From assembly GCA_030141605.1 (NCBI GenBank), contig JAQGDQ010000210.1, forward strand, positions 310,001-374,000: a stretch of DNA of 64,000 bases. Direction: 5' to 3'. The notes below the pieces were generated by a model. That model saw nothing but the letters and a program-made list of their open reading frames with translations. It did not search any database and was not told the DNA's origin. Every line of letters starts with the position of its first letter. Position 1 is the stretch's first letter. A program made the translations under genes and the position numbers. Below, in pieces: positions 13,996 to 27,329 of this stretch. The stretch is from Tubiluchus corallicola (taxonomy: Eukaryota; Animalia; Priapulida).

Positions 13996-14452
13996 CAGAG
14001 CTGTAGAGTCGGCAGTAATTTACTGCTAAAGGAGTTGGCGTCGGAGTTGTTAAAACTTAGGGTTTTGGAGTTGGAGTCGGCAGTAAATTTACTGCTAAAG
14101 GAGTCGGCGTCTGAGTTGTTGAAACTTGGGGTTTTGGAGTCGGGGACTCGGGAGTACACTTATTGTTAGAGGAGTCGATGTTAAAATAAAATATAGTAAA
14201 CTCAAACTCCAGTTACTTTTAAGTTTTAATGCATTTTTGCATAACGTCCCATTTTGGGACTCTTTCGAATTGGTGTCTGTGCAGCTCGACTGTTTTTCGA
14301 GCATAAGAAGTAGTGATGAAATGCCACTGCAGCTAAACATTGACATTACTATAAACTATTATTTAAAGGCAGGGGGGTTGGGGCTCCTAAAATTTTAGGA
14401 GCCGGAGTCGGTGCCAGAGTCTGGAGTTTAATGTACCGGCTCCACAGCCTTG
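13996..14452. mobile_element. Non-autonomous hAT-type element
   Basis: TIRs cagagctgtagagtcgg / ccggctccacagccttg; 8-bp TSD cctggcaa / cctggcag; GGAGTCGG subterminal repeats. Confidence 0.85.
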
Positions 14453-15206
14453 CCTGGCAGAAAAGAAATGCAATAGTAAAGAACTCCCATGTACATCGTC
14501 ATGCAGACCCACAGTAGAGAATATTAAACAAATGTGAAAAAATACATACGAGGCAACTGAGGATTAGTAATTGTAGAGAAAGTGCAGCAGATCAAAAATA
14601 ATTTATTGTGATTTCACAATTTCACTCGAAATAAAATAATAAGTTGCAAAACAGTTAAAGATAAAAGTAACTTCATTCCATTTTACAGGTATAAATTAAA
14701 CAGGCTAGCTTTAAGCTTAGCAAGCCTTTTACATGTATATCACGCATTATTAAAGAGTGGTCTCATTTAATCAGTGGCTGCATGGAGAGTCAAATATAGA
14801 CGTTTTCAGTAACCGGAAATTTATTTCTCCTTCAGATCTTATCCCTCTTTCTCCTCATCCGCTCCATTTATTTCCGATCTTTGTCCAAAAGTTAATTTTT
14901 TTCAATTCGCTACCTCCCAAGAGATTGTTGCAAAGAATATTATGCTTCCATCACCGTTTACGTTACAGAAAGAGTCTTCACGCTCAAAGACAACCGATTT
15001 TCACGAAATTTGTGGAAGGAAGGATCATAGGACAGGAAAGAACTCATTAAAATTCATGGTTCTGATGCGGATAATAAATTATATGTGTTATGAGATTCCT
15101 CCCTTCGTGCACTAGTATGGTATTCAGGCTTTTGGGGATTGTATAGTATTCCTTAATTAATTTTGGGGCTGGTAGATGCAATTAAATTAGTTTTTGTTAA
15201 TTTTAG

Positions 15207-16127
15207 GATGGAGAAGCAGAGAATAATTATTTAACGACTTTCACGACAGAAGAAACAGCGTCTGGAAATGAAAATGCAACTGAAGAGTTAGTAGTGCAAG
15301 AGTTGCCCATTTCGCGACGGAAACGAAACTGCATTGCTTCAGACGGAGATCCAAGCTGCGCAAACAGAAGGAAAAGAAGAGCAGCCAGACGAACAAGAAG
15401 AGAAGATGGAGAAGCAGAGAATAATTATACAACGACTTTCACGACAGAAGAAACAGTGTCTGGAAATGAAAATGCAACTGAAGAGTTAGTAGTGCAAGAG
15501 GTGCCCATTTCCCGACGGAAACGAAACTGCATTGCTTCAGACGGAGATCCAAGCTGCGCAAGCAGAAGAAAAAGAAGAGCAGCCAGACGAACAAGAAGAG
15601 AAGCTGATGAACAGGCAAACCCACAGCAGGGTCCAGCACCACAAGCTGCAGGTGGTCAACAGCAAGCTGCTGCAGCACAGCAAGCAGCAGCCATTGCACA
15701 AAGTGTCCAAGAAGCGGTCAAGCAGGAGACAAATGTTCTGGAAGCTGTTCAGGCAGCTGTTGTTGAGCAAATTATCAACGCGGTACAGAGCGGAGAAGCG
15801 GCAATTCTGCAACAATCTGGCGATGCCGTCGCGGCGGTGAAAGCGGAAAGCGAAGCAGACAAAGCCGGTTTGTTATCAAGCGAACGTCAGGCTATGGGAC
15901 ACATCTCCGAGCAGGCCCAAGCTGCTGCTGGTAGCATCGAGGAAGCAGAGGTTGAAGCTGAGGGCGCGATCAGAGCTCAAGGCGAAGAAGCTAAAGATGA
16001 AGTAAAGATGGAAGCCGATGTAGAGAAAGGCAATATTATGGCCATGGAAAAGAAAGCTGAAAATCTCATCAAGGAAGAAGAACGAAACCTGGAAAGAGCA
16101 GCAAAGAAAGCTGTTAATGCTCCATAA
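15207..16127 (+). CDS. Secreted precursor B, exon 2 (2 x 66-aa repeat with polybasic sites and a Cys-X8-Cys peptide, Gln/Ala linker, 12 x 11-mer helical repeats; 334 aa in total)
   Basis: Acceptor ttttag|GAT at 15207, in frame with ORF 15294..16127. 198-nt internal duplication (starts 15207 and 15405). AATAAA at about 16217. Confidence 0.85.
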   Translation, partial: DGEAENNYLTTFTTEETASGNENATEELVVQELPISRRKRNCIASDGDPSCANRRKRRAARRTRREDGEAENNYTTTFTTEETVSGNENATEELVVQEVPISRRKRNCIASDGDPSCASRRKRRAARRTRREADEQANPQQGPAPQAAGGQQQAAAAQQAAAIAQSVQEAVKQETNVLEAVQAAVVEQIINAVQSGEAAILQQSGDAVAAVKAESEADKAGLLSSERQAMGHISEQAQAAAGSIEEAEVEAEGAIRAQGEEAKDEVKMEADVEKGNIMAMEKKAENLIKEEERNLERAAKKAVNAP

Positions 16128-16747
16128 GGTTCTCATATGTCGCTTGGTCATTATCTCATTAAGCATGATATTATAAATACGAGGGTCATTATGGTTCAAA
16201 TACTACAATTGTAGTAAATAAATAATAATAATAATTTGTAAGGTAAATAACTTGGTAACGTTAATAAAAGCGTGGATGAGCATTCAAACTTTAACATGCA
16301 TTGGTAGGCGATATTTCTTTAACCGTTACTGTGGTTTAATAGTTAACTAAACCAATTCTGAGGCAAGTCCTCATTTAAAACTCACATCACCAAATTGCAG
16401 AATTTCTAAATGTCATGAAAGTTCTACAGCGCATTGATTCACTCATAGTGCCACTCTAACAGAAGTTTATTAAAAATTTCTATGCAGTGGCTACAAAAAT
16501 TATACACATGTAGACAGACGTAGCAAAGACCTAATTTCGAAATTATTAATTAATGGTGTATTCATTATATAGATATTTATAAAAGTAGGTTGTCATGGAA
16601 AGCCAATATCACTCAGGATGAGTTTGACAACATCAAATCAATGTGAACAGCTGGAAACTCCCCAGTCTGAGTATACCCGTCAACTTTTTTTGAATAATAT
16701 AATTCCTTTTCTTTCTTCCTCTCGACTGTAGTGAAATAGTTAAAATA

Positions 16748-16749
<2 letters not shown>

Positions 16750-16781
<32 letters not shown>
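16750..16781. repeat. (GT)n microsatellite
   Basis: Directly visible. Confidence 0.95.
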
Positions 16782-16782
<1 letters not shown>

Positions 16783-17486
16783 ATCTAAATTTCCGTAGCA
16801 AAATGGACAACAAGTGCAGTAGCTAACTTTTAGCACTAAAGACTTACTTCTTGAGCAGTAGGCTTACTTAAACTCCCCATGTGACTATTATAATAGACAC
16901 TCAGATTTGGATCCGACAGCTTTATTTTTCATGAGATGCTTTATCATATTTTATACTATTTTAGTAAACTCCGCACAGAAAATTCTCTACATTTGTCTTA
17001 ATATCAGAATAAAGTTTGAGTTTGTCTTGAAATATTTTATAACGTGACAATTTGCGCTAACCGTACAAATAAAAGATTTAAAACAACATCGTATGAGTTT
17101 AGTTTGTTACATTGGAGGTACGTGCTTCAACGTGAAATCACTGAGAGACATAACATATTATGCTCTCTTCACGTTTTGAACAATACGTTGTGTGCAGTAC
17201 GAATATAGAAAACATAACAGTTGTTCCATATAGTTGTTTAGTAAAACTTACAGTGTGACGTTCTTATTCGTGAGGCTGTTTGTTTCTGATTCAGGTGCTT
17301 ATTTACACACAAAATGGATCTTTCATTCTTGGCTGCCATTTAGATATTTAAAAGCATTACTGTGCTCAAAATACCAGTGTAGTTAGCTAATTTTTACAGA
17401 TTGCACAGAGCTCTTTCACAAAAATCCGTTACAGTGTATTTTTCCAAAACCTTCTTCTGAATATTGCTTGCAATATTAACCCTTAA

Positions 17487-18077
17487 AGGAAGACAGGATG
17501 ATTTTTCATGTCCGATAAAAAGTATACATTTTAACACGATTAATACTACAAAAGCGTTTCTGATAATTAAATAATAGATTAAAAGCTTAATTAACAGCGG
17601 GCGAGCCCAACTATTGATGACATCACAAATTAACATAATTTTCAACCACAAAGTTGTTTCACGGGCGTGTTGCACGTGTTTGCGAAAACGAAAATTGAAG
17701 TACAGTACTACAGTAAGATATCTACTGTGTTGTACTAAAACTAGACAAGTTTTAAGATAAGAATTCATTTTATAAATTACCGCTGTGCTCACGCATGAGC
17801 TGTCGAACGTGTGTAGCTCGTCACAAACTAACACATCTGAATTGAGACGTACAGCACCTGTTTCTGTGCAATGCTTTCCGAAATGCAGGCGCTAGTGCCC
17901 GTCTAACCAGCGAATGGTAAAATGCATGTAACAGCGAAGAACTAGTGGCACGAATGAGAAATTGTTTGGTAATAATTCTTTCACGTCAGTCATTTTTGGA
18001 AAAATAGCATTTTTCTTTCAATATTTTAAAGAATAGATTGTTTTGACCTGCAGTTTAATATTGGGACCGGTTTTGCT
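17487..18077. mobile_element. Dispersed repeat family A, full copy (TTAA-flanked, Kolobok-like non-autonomous element)
   Basis: ttaa|aggaagacagg ... ccggttttgct|ttaa. Near-identical sequence at about 28478-28806 and 35083-35693. Confidence 0.75.
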
Positions 18078-18318
18078 TTAAAGGTTGACATCCCGTGACA
18101 GAATGTCGGAGTTTGTTCATCATGCTCACAGTCGTTATCATATGAGGACATTTTCTTATATTGATGCTATTCTTTCACATGTGTAGTTGTACGATTATGT
18201 GTCATTGTGTTTTTTTATTTATATCAATTATCTTTACTTGTTATTCTTGCTTATTATCTTTAAATGCGAAGAAAATCTCACATTCTTACAGTTAACGTTA
18301 TCCTTTAAATACAAGTTG

Positions 18319-18733
18319 GTTGGCATCCTTCTGTCTCGGAAGACAATGAAGTGTGCGCCAAGAGAGTCAGTTATTGATCACATTAATGGAGCTGCTGCGT
18401 CGACTGTGGCTGAGCAGTGCGATCCTTGAACGTCTCCAGGGCGCACGCCTGGGCAAGGTGTATGGAGGTCCTGAGTTGACCAGACAACAGGAACCCCCTC
18501 TCTTCCTCCCTGGTGTAGTCCAAAGGAAAGTGGAGCGATACGTTTGGCACCAGGTTGGCTACAGGAGCTGCCAGAGTCAGTGAGCACGCTGCACTGGTCC
18601 GCCTTCGGGGCTCCACTCCTGATTTGGAAGGTTTACTCCTCTATACATGGCCGTTGGGTCACTTGACCTCCGCCCTCTAGCCGTTGGCTGCCTGTGCAGC
18701 TCCTCCGCCTAGTGTCGAGATACAGTGTGGGCA
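18319..18733 (-). mobile_element. SINE body, headless copy of the element at 31550-32000
   Basis: Collinear, highly similar to 31550-31876, apart from indels. Similarity ends just before the 5S head. Confidence 0.85.
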
Positions 18734-19787
18734 CAGTGATATAAGTAATCATAATTAAAGTATTATTAATTTTCGCAGGAATGAATCATGAACTTGTTAC
18801 AACGTGAATCCAAATGTGGCCAGAAAAAGCAGCGATCGTTGAATGACAAGCATAATGTCTTAACCTATTCTACAAAATTTGTTCAAAATCATTTAAATTT
18901 TTGTATTTGTCCTTGCAAGGAATTTATGTTGATTATCAACGTGTTTGTACTATAGTTTGTCAACTGAATGTTCATGGACATGCGAGACATTGTTTCAAAA
19001 ATTAACAGATGCCCTCATTTAGATTCTTTTGATACTTGAACATAGGCTGTCATTGCTGCACCCAAACAATAAATTATATTTGCTAGTTCCACGTACTCAT
19101 ACACATTTTAATTATTTGAGCGACTGTAACTGGTTGTTCGTTACGTGAACTGACACAGAGGCGCCTCCGTTTTACTGCCCCCATTTGAACGAGAAAGTTG
19201 TCCGTATTCTGACGAAGTTTAGTTACAACTGAGCAGGTGATTGCAGGTGTTATTCGCGCAGGGCGAGATGGCAATATCGCTTACTGCACTGTATGCATGA
19301 TTCTGGCTTCTCTAGAAAGAGTGTCTATAGATTCTCGCCCTCCTTACTGTTCCTTTCATCCATCTACTTCATCCCTCCTTCACTTTGTCACCACTGTCAT
19401 AATGTTCTCTGTTTCTCAATAACTTTACTTTTAATCAAGTAAAATAACTTCGTATATAAAGCATCCGCCAGACGTGAAGTACATGTATTTAAAATGAAAC
19501 ATATTTCTACATTAGGCAAACGCTTATGATTACTAGTGAATTATTTTTTTATATTTTAATGCCGACATCAATTGCTCAAGTTATGCCCGATAATGAGGGC
19601 AAAACTTTCTGTCGACAGATGAACAATCTTTCTGGTTACGTTTTTGTACGCAAGTTCTTAGTATAGATTTCGGCTTGTGAGCCTCTTATAAATCACTTAC
19701 CACTTAGGAATTAACAGTACCGCCTGACTAGAGTTAAAGCATTCTCAAATAAATTTTAGTTTGTAAACACTTAATATATATATATAG

Positions 19788-19809
19788 CTTGCCTGCCTGC
19801 CTGCCTGCC

Positions 19810-19889
<80 letters not shown>

Positions 19890-19925
19890 GGTCGGTCGGT
19901 CGGTGAGTCAGTCAGTCAGTCAGGC
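19788..19925. repeat. (GCCT)n/(GTCT)n/(GTCG)n/(GTCA)n tetranucleotide tract
   Basis: Directly visible. Confidence 0.95.
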
Positions 19926-22518
19926 AAACAGGCAATTAGTCAGTTTCTTAATCAGTAAGTCAGTCAGTCACCTAACCATCATAATCGATTACCATCTGAC
20001 AGGTTGGCTGGCTAGCCATCGGATGGAATTCACATGGCTGACTAGCTGCCAGACTGGCTGATAGACGATCTCAGGCTACGCAGTTCGATTCCCGTTGCAT
20101 TTAGTGACGTACAGGCCTATATATTTGACGCTAAACTACTAGTATGTCTTTTCACAATAAATTTATTAAAACTTTCATATGTGCATACGTACATATATAA
20201 TATTTTTATATTCTATAATAGTACATTAAATTAACAACGTGCTAACCGTAAGTCATGGGATTTACAATCTGAACGCTCACCAGCTACGTGGTAAATTTCA
20301 TCCTTCTATATATTGAATAATAACTAGCGTAATAGTTTTTGTATAATCATTAATGCCAAAATTCGCTTAGGGTTTCTCGGACAAAAAACGAATATTAAAT
20401 CGTCTACAAAAAGCCTTTCTATTAGACTAAGAGCCTAATGGCAACCCGTAGAGAAATGCTACTGTTAATTACTTCCATTCATAAAAAATTGCTCTCGCTG
20501 ATATTTTTGGATTTCTCACCTTCTACTGAACCCAATGTCATTGATGTTTTCCATGCCGAACTTCGTTCGATTGAATAACTTTTTAGGTCATCTCAAAGAT
20601 CACTGTTCAAGGTCAAGTTCAGCTCAAAATTGCTGTCATGTGTGTCTTCTAAATGTCGACTCATTAGAAATCGATGGTCTTTCCCTGTCTATGTTTGTGG
20701 GCGTAAGTAAGGCCCCCTAGCCCCTTCACGTTCATACCAGAGATCGGCAGCAATTTGTTTCTTTGAAGTAGTGTCTTTGAGCTGCTAAATGAGCATGTCA
20801 ATCCCTTTGCTTCTCTTCATACGATTAAACGTTCCCGGCTCCTGGACTATATTGCGTTACATATAAGAACGTGTCTAACATTGGTCATAATGTTTGCGTA
20901 ATAGTACATAATTCCGTCAACTGAAATCACTGAAATCCTGGGCTTATAGTTAAAGATTATAAGCTATGACGCAGATTTGGCTAATATATTCCTTTCATCC
21001 TTATTATCTAAGCTCTCCATGGTTATTATCAGGTATTGTTATACTAGAGTGCATTTACTTAGAAATGCCAGAAATTTCATTCTCGCTTGTTTTTTGAAGC
21101 AATAACAATATGATGGACTAATCTGTTACATTATGCAACAGATGGGAAAGACAGCATAAACCGTTATGTTCGTCCTCTTATAAAACAGGTCAAGAGTTCG
21201 AATCATTCACAGATTATGTCCAACGCATGAAAATGCAAAATAAAACACTTAGCATTCAAAATTAATACTGCGTTTGCATGAGAACAGAAAAATTGCAGCT
21301 ACCTCTTTGGCATATTGCTAAAGTAAAGCGTCTATGTTTTATATAATATAAAACGCTTTTAGTACGTTAGTGTACAATCAGGGAAAGGTAAATTATATTA
21401 ACATAATTAAAGATAGGTGAAATATCTGTCGGCTGTAACTATAATTAGAACTATGTAGTTACTCAAATTATAAATACATGTTTATAAAACGAAATCATAA
21501 TTACAATACTATGACTAATGGAATGTAAGCAATTACATCACTGACTTTATAGTTCGACACAAAAGTAACTCAAAATCCTGCACTCAAAAATCCTAAACTA
21601 CTATTGATGAATAGTTAAAAGGACGAATGAGTGACTCTAATTAACTCGCAGGTCCTCTAAGATGAGAGGGCTAAACTGTATCAGAGGTGACTTAAGCAGG
21701 CTCGGATGTGCGAACTTCCTCTCCTAACAACAGCAACAGACAGCGATAAGTGATCAGTGGTACCTATCCTTTTTATTCAAGCTCGGCGCAGCGTATCTAT
21801 TGTAACCAGCACCTCGCCATTACCAGTCAGCTGCTGGGAATATGTCATTTGACGATACAACATAAAACTCGTCTAAGCAAAGCAATTTTCCATTTTACTT
21901 GCACGTTTCTCTCCCTAAGTCCTCATCAGAAAAATGTAACGCAGAATAACGCATATTTCTTACTCACAGAACATACCCCGCGATTACTCTATGCTCGCAA
22001 TGGTACCGAGTTTATAAAAAATTAACAGAATGAAAAACATACTGAAATTACCACATAATTATTCCAGTTTGAGTCATGAACTTACATTTCTGCAACAGCT
22101 GTGATGCCATTTTTTACATTGGCTGATATCATCTCATGAACTAACATTGGAAATAAAAATAATAAAATGACGAAACAATAACATGTCCACCTTGTTTTTA
22201 GTTGGATGTTCGTCACATAATGAATTTACATTACTTATTTTGTTTGCGCGATAAAATAGGTAAAATGTAACGTAAACAAGCAAACAAATCAGATATTATA
22301 GATTTGCAAAATAACCATTAGCGTTTTATTGAAAGCCTGGCAATTTATTTTGTTACTATATTCGTGAGTCAAGTTATTCAATAACAATGTATATGTGCTA
22401 AATTTCTAAAATTTTGGCACGTTGAATACTTTTCACACCGGTAAATCTTCAGAAACATCTCTTGACCAGTGGCAGTTGGTCAAGTAAAATTCTGTTCTCT
22501 GTTCTCTTCTCTGTTTGA

Positions 22519-22622
22519 CTAGACGGTAGCAAGAGTTGTGGGAGCAACTGTTGTAGGTTTAGCGCAGTAATTTAATATCTCATCAAAAGTGCAGATTTTG
22601 TAACAGCATTCGTCGACTATAC
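22519..22622 (-). CDS. Insulin/IGF-like peptide, A-chain plus D-like extension exon
   Basis: Acceptor ccatttcag|GT, phase 1. Translates (G)IVDECCYKICTFDEILNYCAKPTTVAPTTLATV*, with the canonical CC-x3-C-x8-C spacing. Confidence 0.95.
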
Positions 22623-22659
22623 CTGAAATGGTTAAGAAAACTTTTAAAAAACGTTTAGA

Positions 22660-23171
<512 letters not shown>

Positions 23172-23752
23172 ACAATTTATTTTGACAGTTTTAGACACAA
23201 TATTTCGTGTACAATGTGACAATCATAAATGTGATGGAGGCTGTCACGAAAAACCCATAAAGATCATTGTACAAACGTACTTCAAGTGAACAGTCAGACT
23301 AGTTTTCGTGAAAATCAACCAACAAATAGCAGAGCTTTCTCCACACGTCAAACAGGAGGTCTCACATGGTGCTTATGCTCAAACTTTCAAGCTGAATTAG
23401 CTTTAGCTAAAGATTGCATAGATAATATAATTATTGTTACTAGTTTTTTCCAAATCAGCAATAAGTAAATGATAGGGAATCAAAAATCAAAATCGATCAT
23501 TTTTCATATTCTGGGATGGGAAGCTCGGATTTAGATGGGAATACCACAATAAAAAAATAAATTAAGCAGGTATACAAATTATTCAATTGGTCATCAAAAT
23601 CATAACTAAAATTGACAAAAGTAACTCCGGTATTCTCTATTGCTACTTTTGCTTGAATTATAACAATAATTAATCCTTAAATTCAATGAAACTTTTAAAT
23701 TATCTTACAGCTACTAAGCGACACATGAGTGATGATAATGAGGTAATGAAAT

Positions 23753-23818
23753 CGACGACGACGACGACGACGATAATGATGATGATGATGATGATAATGA
23801 TGATGATGATGATGATAA
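23753..23818. repeat. (GAC)n(GAT)n microsatellite
   Basis: Directly visible. Confidence 0.9.
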
Positions 23819-24539
23819 CAGTGACAACGCCAAAGAGATGACAACAATTGTGGAATAGAGGAAATGGCTAAATTTTACATACAGTTACAATGTCTGCTCT
23901 TAATATCAATAACTGATACATTACTCTGACCTCTCGTATATCGTCGATTCAGCAGTATGTTCCCTGAATGTAAAAATGCATTTGCGGAGTTTGCATTAAC
24001 AAAAGGTGAGCGCTGGTTTCTAATAGTCTCTAGCTCGTTGCCTGTAAGGTGAAGTGGATCATCTTTTGATAAATCTGAACGAAAAAAAATGATTTTGCAA
24101 TATCAGTCTCATTAAAATTTAGCACTGTATAAATTAAGGAGCTTAGACTCCTGCAAAAGCGTGCTGAAAATTTTCAACGAAGCTACCCAAATTCCCAAGA
24201 AAGTTTTAGTTTCATTAAACGTGACAAATTACAATCGATTAACAGCCTCGTTTACTCATGTATTATAAACGGTCTAATTCATCAGGAGAAAATAACGTGT
24301 TTTAACTCGAAACTGAAATAATATGACAATATGAAGTTTATGCATGAAGTACAGTTATCAGTTGTTCAAATCTAAAGGTAACTCCAATTTCGGCACTAAT
24401 TTTGATCTATTCTACGATTGCACGTTTCTCAAAGAGTTACCTGAGAAACTCAAATAGTGAAGTGGAAAAGCAGCGCAAAATGCAGAAACGATCTACAAAG
24501 ACAGAGAGTTTCGGTTTGAACATATAAGTTCAACAATTA

Positions 24540-24994
24540 CCGTATTTTCCCGTGTATAAGAGACCCTTTTTTGCTCAGAATTTTCACTTTAAAAATAGGG
24601 GGTCTCTTATACATGGGAGTAAGTCTTTTCAATAAGATGCATAAATTGTGACACTAATGATTTTAAAGAAATAAGTGCTCTACAACTGTTTTGCGTGTCT
24701 CGTTCGACTATGAAGCGGTTGTAAGCAATACAAGCATCGTGACACAGGCATTATCTCCTCGTTTTCTCTTTTCCTGTTACAGGTTTGCAGGTACGCACTT
24801 TAATATATACCAGTACTCTTTTTCTACAACACATTAACTGGTTTTATTTTGTTTTCAGTACCGCACTGAGTTGAAAAAAGTTGTACTTTACCCTCTAAAA
24901 ATGTCCGTCTGAAAAAACTTTTTTCCAGAATTTTTGCCTAAAAATTGAAGGGGTCTCTTATACACAAGGGTCTCTTATACACGGGAAAATACGG
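24540..24994. mobile_element. Tc1/mariner-type MITE
   Basis: Perfect TIR ccgtattttcccgtgtataagagaccc at both ends, TA TSD, internal gggtctcttatac repeats. Confidence 0.92.
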
Positions 24995-25959
24995 TACTTT
25001 GCAATCTTACCATTAATGTTTAACTGTCGCAAATAGCGAAATTGGGTCAGTAACGGTCACTGATCACTATTATAATCAAATCCCAGTTATACCGATCAAG
25101 ATTTCTCAATGATTAAATTTAAATCACAACGGAATTTATCTGTAACTGAATAAGCGCAGATTTTCTTAAATCTTCTCAACATCATTCTTATATCTTTAAC
25201 AAAAGCATGTACTCTCTGTGAAAGTAGTATTAGTACTTAAGCGTAATACCACGGCTGTAAACCGAAATTATGTTGTGCACATGGTTTTTTGAGCTGTGAA
25301 GAAACTTTCAAAGAAAGTTACAAATATCCAATGCCTGCGTTTTACGACTCTGTGGTTTCGAGGAATTTCCTAATAAACTCTAAAACATCAAACCGGGATT
25401 GTAGGAAAGATATTGGAGACAGGATTATTTATTTATTAGACTTAAATGTCACTCCTATTCGATATCATGTCTAGGGAAAGTGATTTACAAAAGCAATTTT
25501 ATCTTTTCCTCTACCTTTCGTGAATTTATGAAGAAAACGCAACTTTCCAAGTTTCTTGGTTACCAATCAGCGAACACTGAGTGACTACAGTAACAGTGAA
25601 ACGAGTGGAACAGTGAATTGATTTAGGGCCGTCCGTTTTTGACGCATGCGTTTTAACGCACTTGTGAATAGGCCCTTAGATGTACACGTTACTAGTAGGT
25701 GACATAAAACGAAAGACCATGTAGTTTCATAGTTCTAACTTTGGGTTAAAGCGCTGGAGTGATTCCTTTCTTTCTCTACTGACTAATGTCAAATTTGCGG
25801 ATCTGGGTTTATTATCTTAATAGGTCTTCGCAACCTTTCTCTCAAGGAGTTATTTTGGAGCTCAAAAAACACCGAAATGTGCACTGAAGAAATGTCAACT
25901 GGCGAATTGGCGAGACTTTTTGCCACCGTATCGTGATGGACTTTAGACTATCTTTATAC

Positions 25960-27086
25960 AACTCTGTAGCTCTGCACTGCTCTCTGCACATCTTTATAAC
26001 TCTGCACAGCTCTGTAGCTCTGCACAGCTCTGTAGTTCTGCACAGCTCTGTAACTCTGCACAGCTCTGTAACTCTGCACAGCTCTGTAGCTCTGCACAGC
26101 TCTGTAACTCTGCACAGCTCTGTAGCTCTGCACAGCTCTGTAACTCTGCACAGCTCTGTAACTCTGCACAGCTCTGTAACTCTGCACAGCTCTGTAACTC
26201 TGCACAGCTCTGTAGTTCTGCACAGCTTTGTAACTCTGCACAGCTCTATAGCTCTGCACAGCTCTGTAACTCTGCACAGCTTTGTAGCTCTGCACAGCTT
26301 TGTAGCTCTGCACAGCTCTGTAACTCTGCACAGCTCTGTAACTCTGCACAGCTTTGTAGCTCTGTACAGCTTTGTAGCTCTGCACAGCTCTGTAACTCTG
26401 CACAGCTCTGTAACTCTGCACAGCTCTGTAGCTCTGCACAGCTCTGTAACTCTGCACAGCTCTGTAACTATGCACAGCTCTGTAACTCTGCACATCTTTG
26501 TAGCTCTGCACAGCTTTGTAACTCTGCACAGCTCTGTAGCTCTGCACAGCTCTGTAGCTCTGTGCATCTTTGTAGCTCTGCACAGCTTTGTAACTCTGCA
26601 CAGCTCTGTAGCTCTGCACAGCTCTGTAGCTCTGAGCATCTTTGTAGCTCTGCACAGCTCTGTAGCTCTGCACAGCTCTGTAACTCTGCACAGCTCTGTA
26701 ACTCTGCACAGCTCTGTAGCTCTGCACAGCTTTGTAACTCTGCACAGCTCTGTAACTCTGCACAGCACTGTAGTTCTGCAAAGCTCTGTAGCTCTGCACA
26801 GCTCTGTAGTTCTGCACAGCTCTGTAGCTCTGCACAGCTCTGTGGCTTTGCACAGCTTTGTAACTCTGCACAGCTGTGTAACTCTGCACAGCTGTGTAAC
26901 TCTGCACAACTCTGTAACTCTGCACAGCTCTGTAGCTCTGCACAGCTCTGTAGCTCTGCACAGCTTTGTAGCTCTGCACAGCTCTGTAACTCTGCACAGC
27001 TCTGTAACTCTGCACAGCTCTGTAGCTCTGCACAGCTCTGTAGCTCTGCACAGCTCTGTAACTCTGCACAGCTGTGTAACTCTGCA
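25960..27086. repeat. 18-bp minisatellite, ~62 copies
   Basis: Unit ctctgta(a/g)ctctgcacag. It produces the periodic 6-aa pseudo-ORFs in the track. Confidence 0.98.
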
Positions 27087-27133
27087 TTATCTACTTTTTC
27101 CCGTTCTAATTTACCAGGTAAAAACTATCATAC

Positions 27134-27329
27134 CTTTGTTTTGTGTTCGTTTTGTTTGATTCGGTCCTCTAACATTACCGCGGCAGACTAAGGTGACAAT
27201 TAAAGGTATTTTCGAACCACAAAGTCGCGGCCTCTTGGTAAGAGTGTGATATTCCGGCTTACAGCTCACTTCTACGATGAATAGCATCAATGTCAGTATA
27301 GCATAGCATATACACTGGTGTATATTCAT
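27134..27329 (-). CDS. Insulin/IGF-like peptide, signal + B chain + short C region exon (99-aa precursor)
   Basis: tttttcag|ATG; MNIHQCICYAILTLMLFIVEVSC-KPEYHTLTKRPRLCGSKIPLIVTLVCRGNVRGPNQTKRTQNK, with C-x11-C spacing. Donor AAAG|GTATGA is phase 1, matching the A-chain exon. Confidence 0.93.

Noticed and set aside
20060-20100. tRNA-like B box (gttcgattcc); also gttcgaatc near 21197
   Set aside because: No cloverleaf or A box could be built.
20520-22140. Possible extra minus-strand exons (about 22086-22140; donor at 20520) encoding an IGF E domain
   Set aside because: They lie downstream of an in-frame TAG at 22519, no convincing donor precedes that stop, and the frames contain stops.
25842-27191. 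Four overlapping 200-400-aa ORFs with 6-aa repeats (CRVTEL, QSYRAV and others)
   Set aside because: An 18-bp minisatellite open in several frames, lying inside the insulin-like gene intron.
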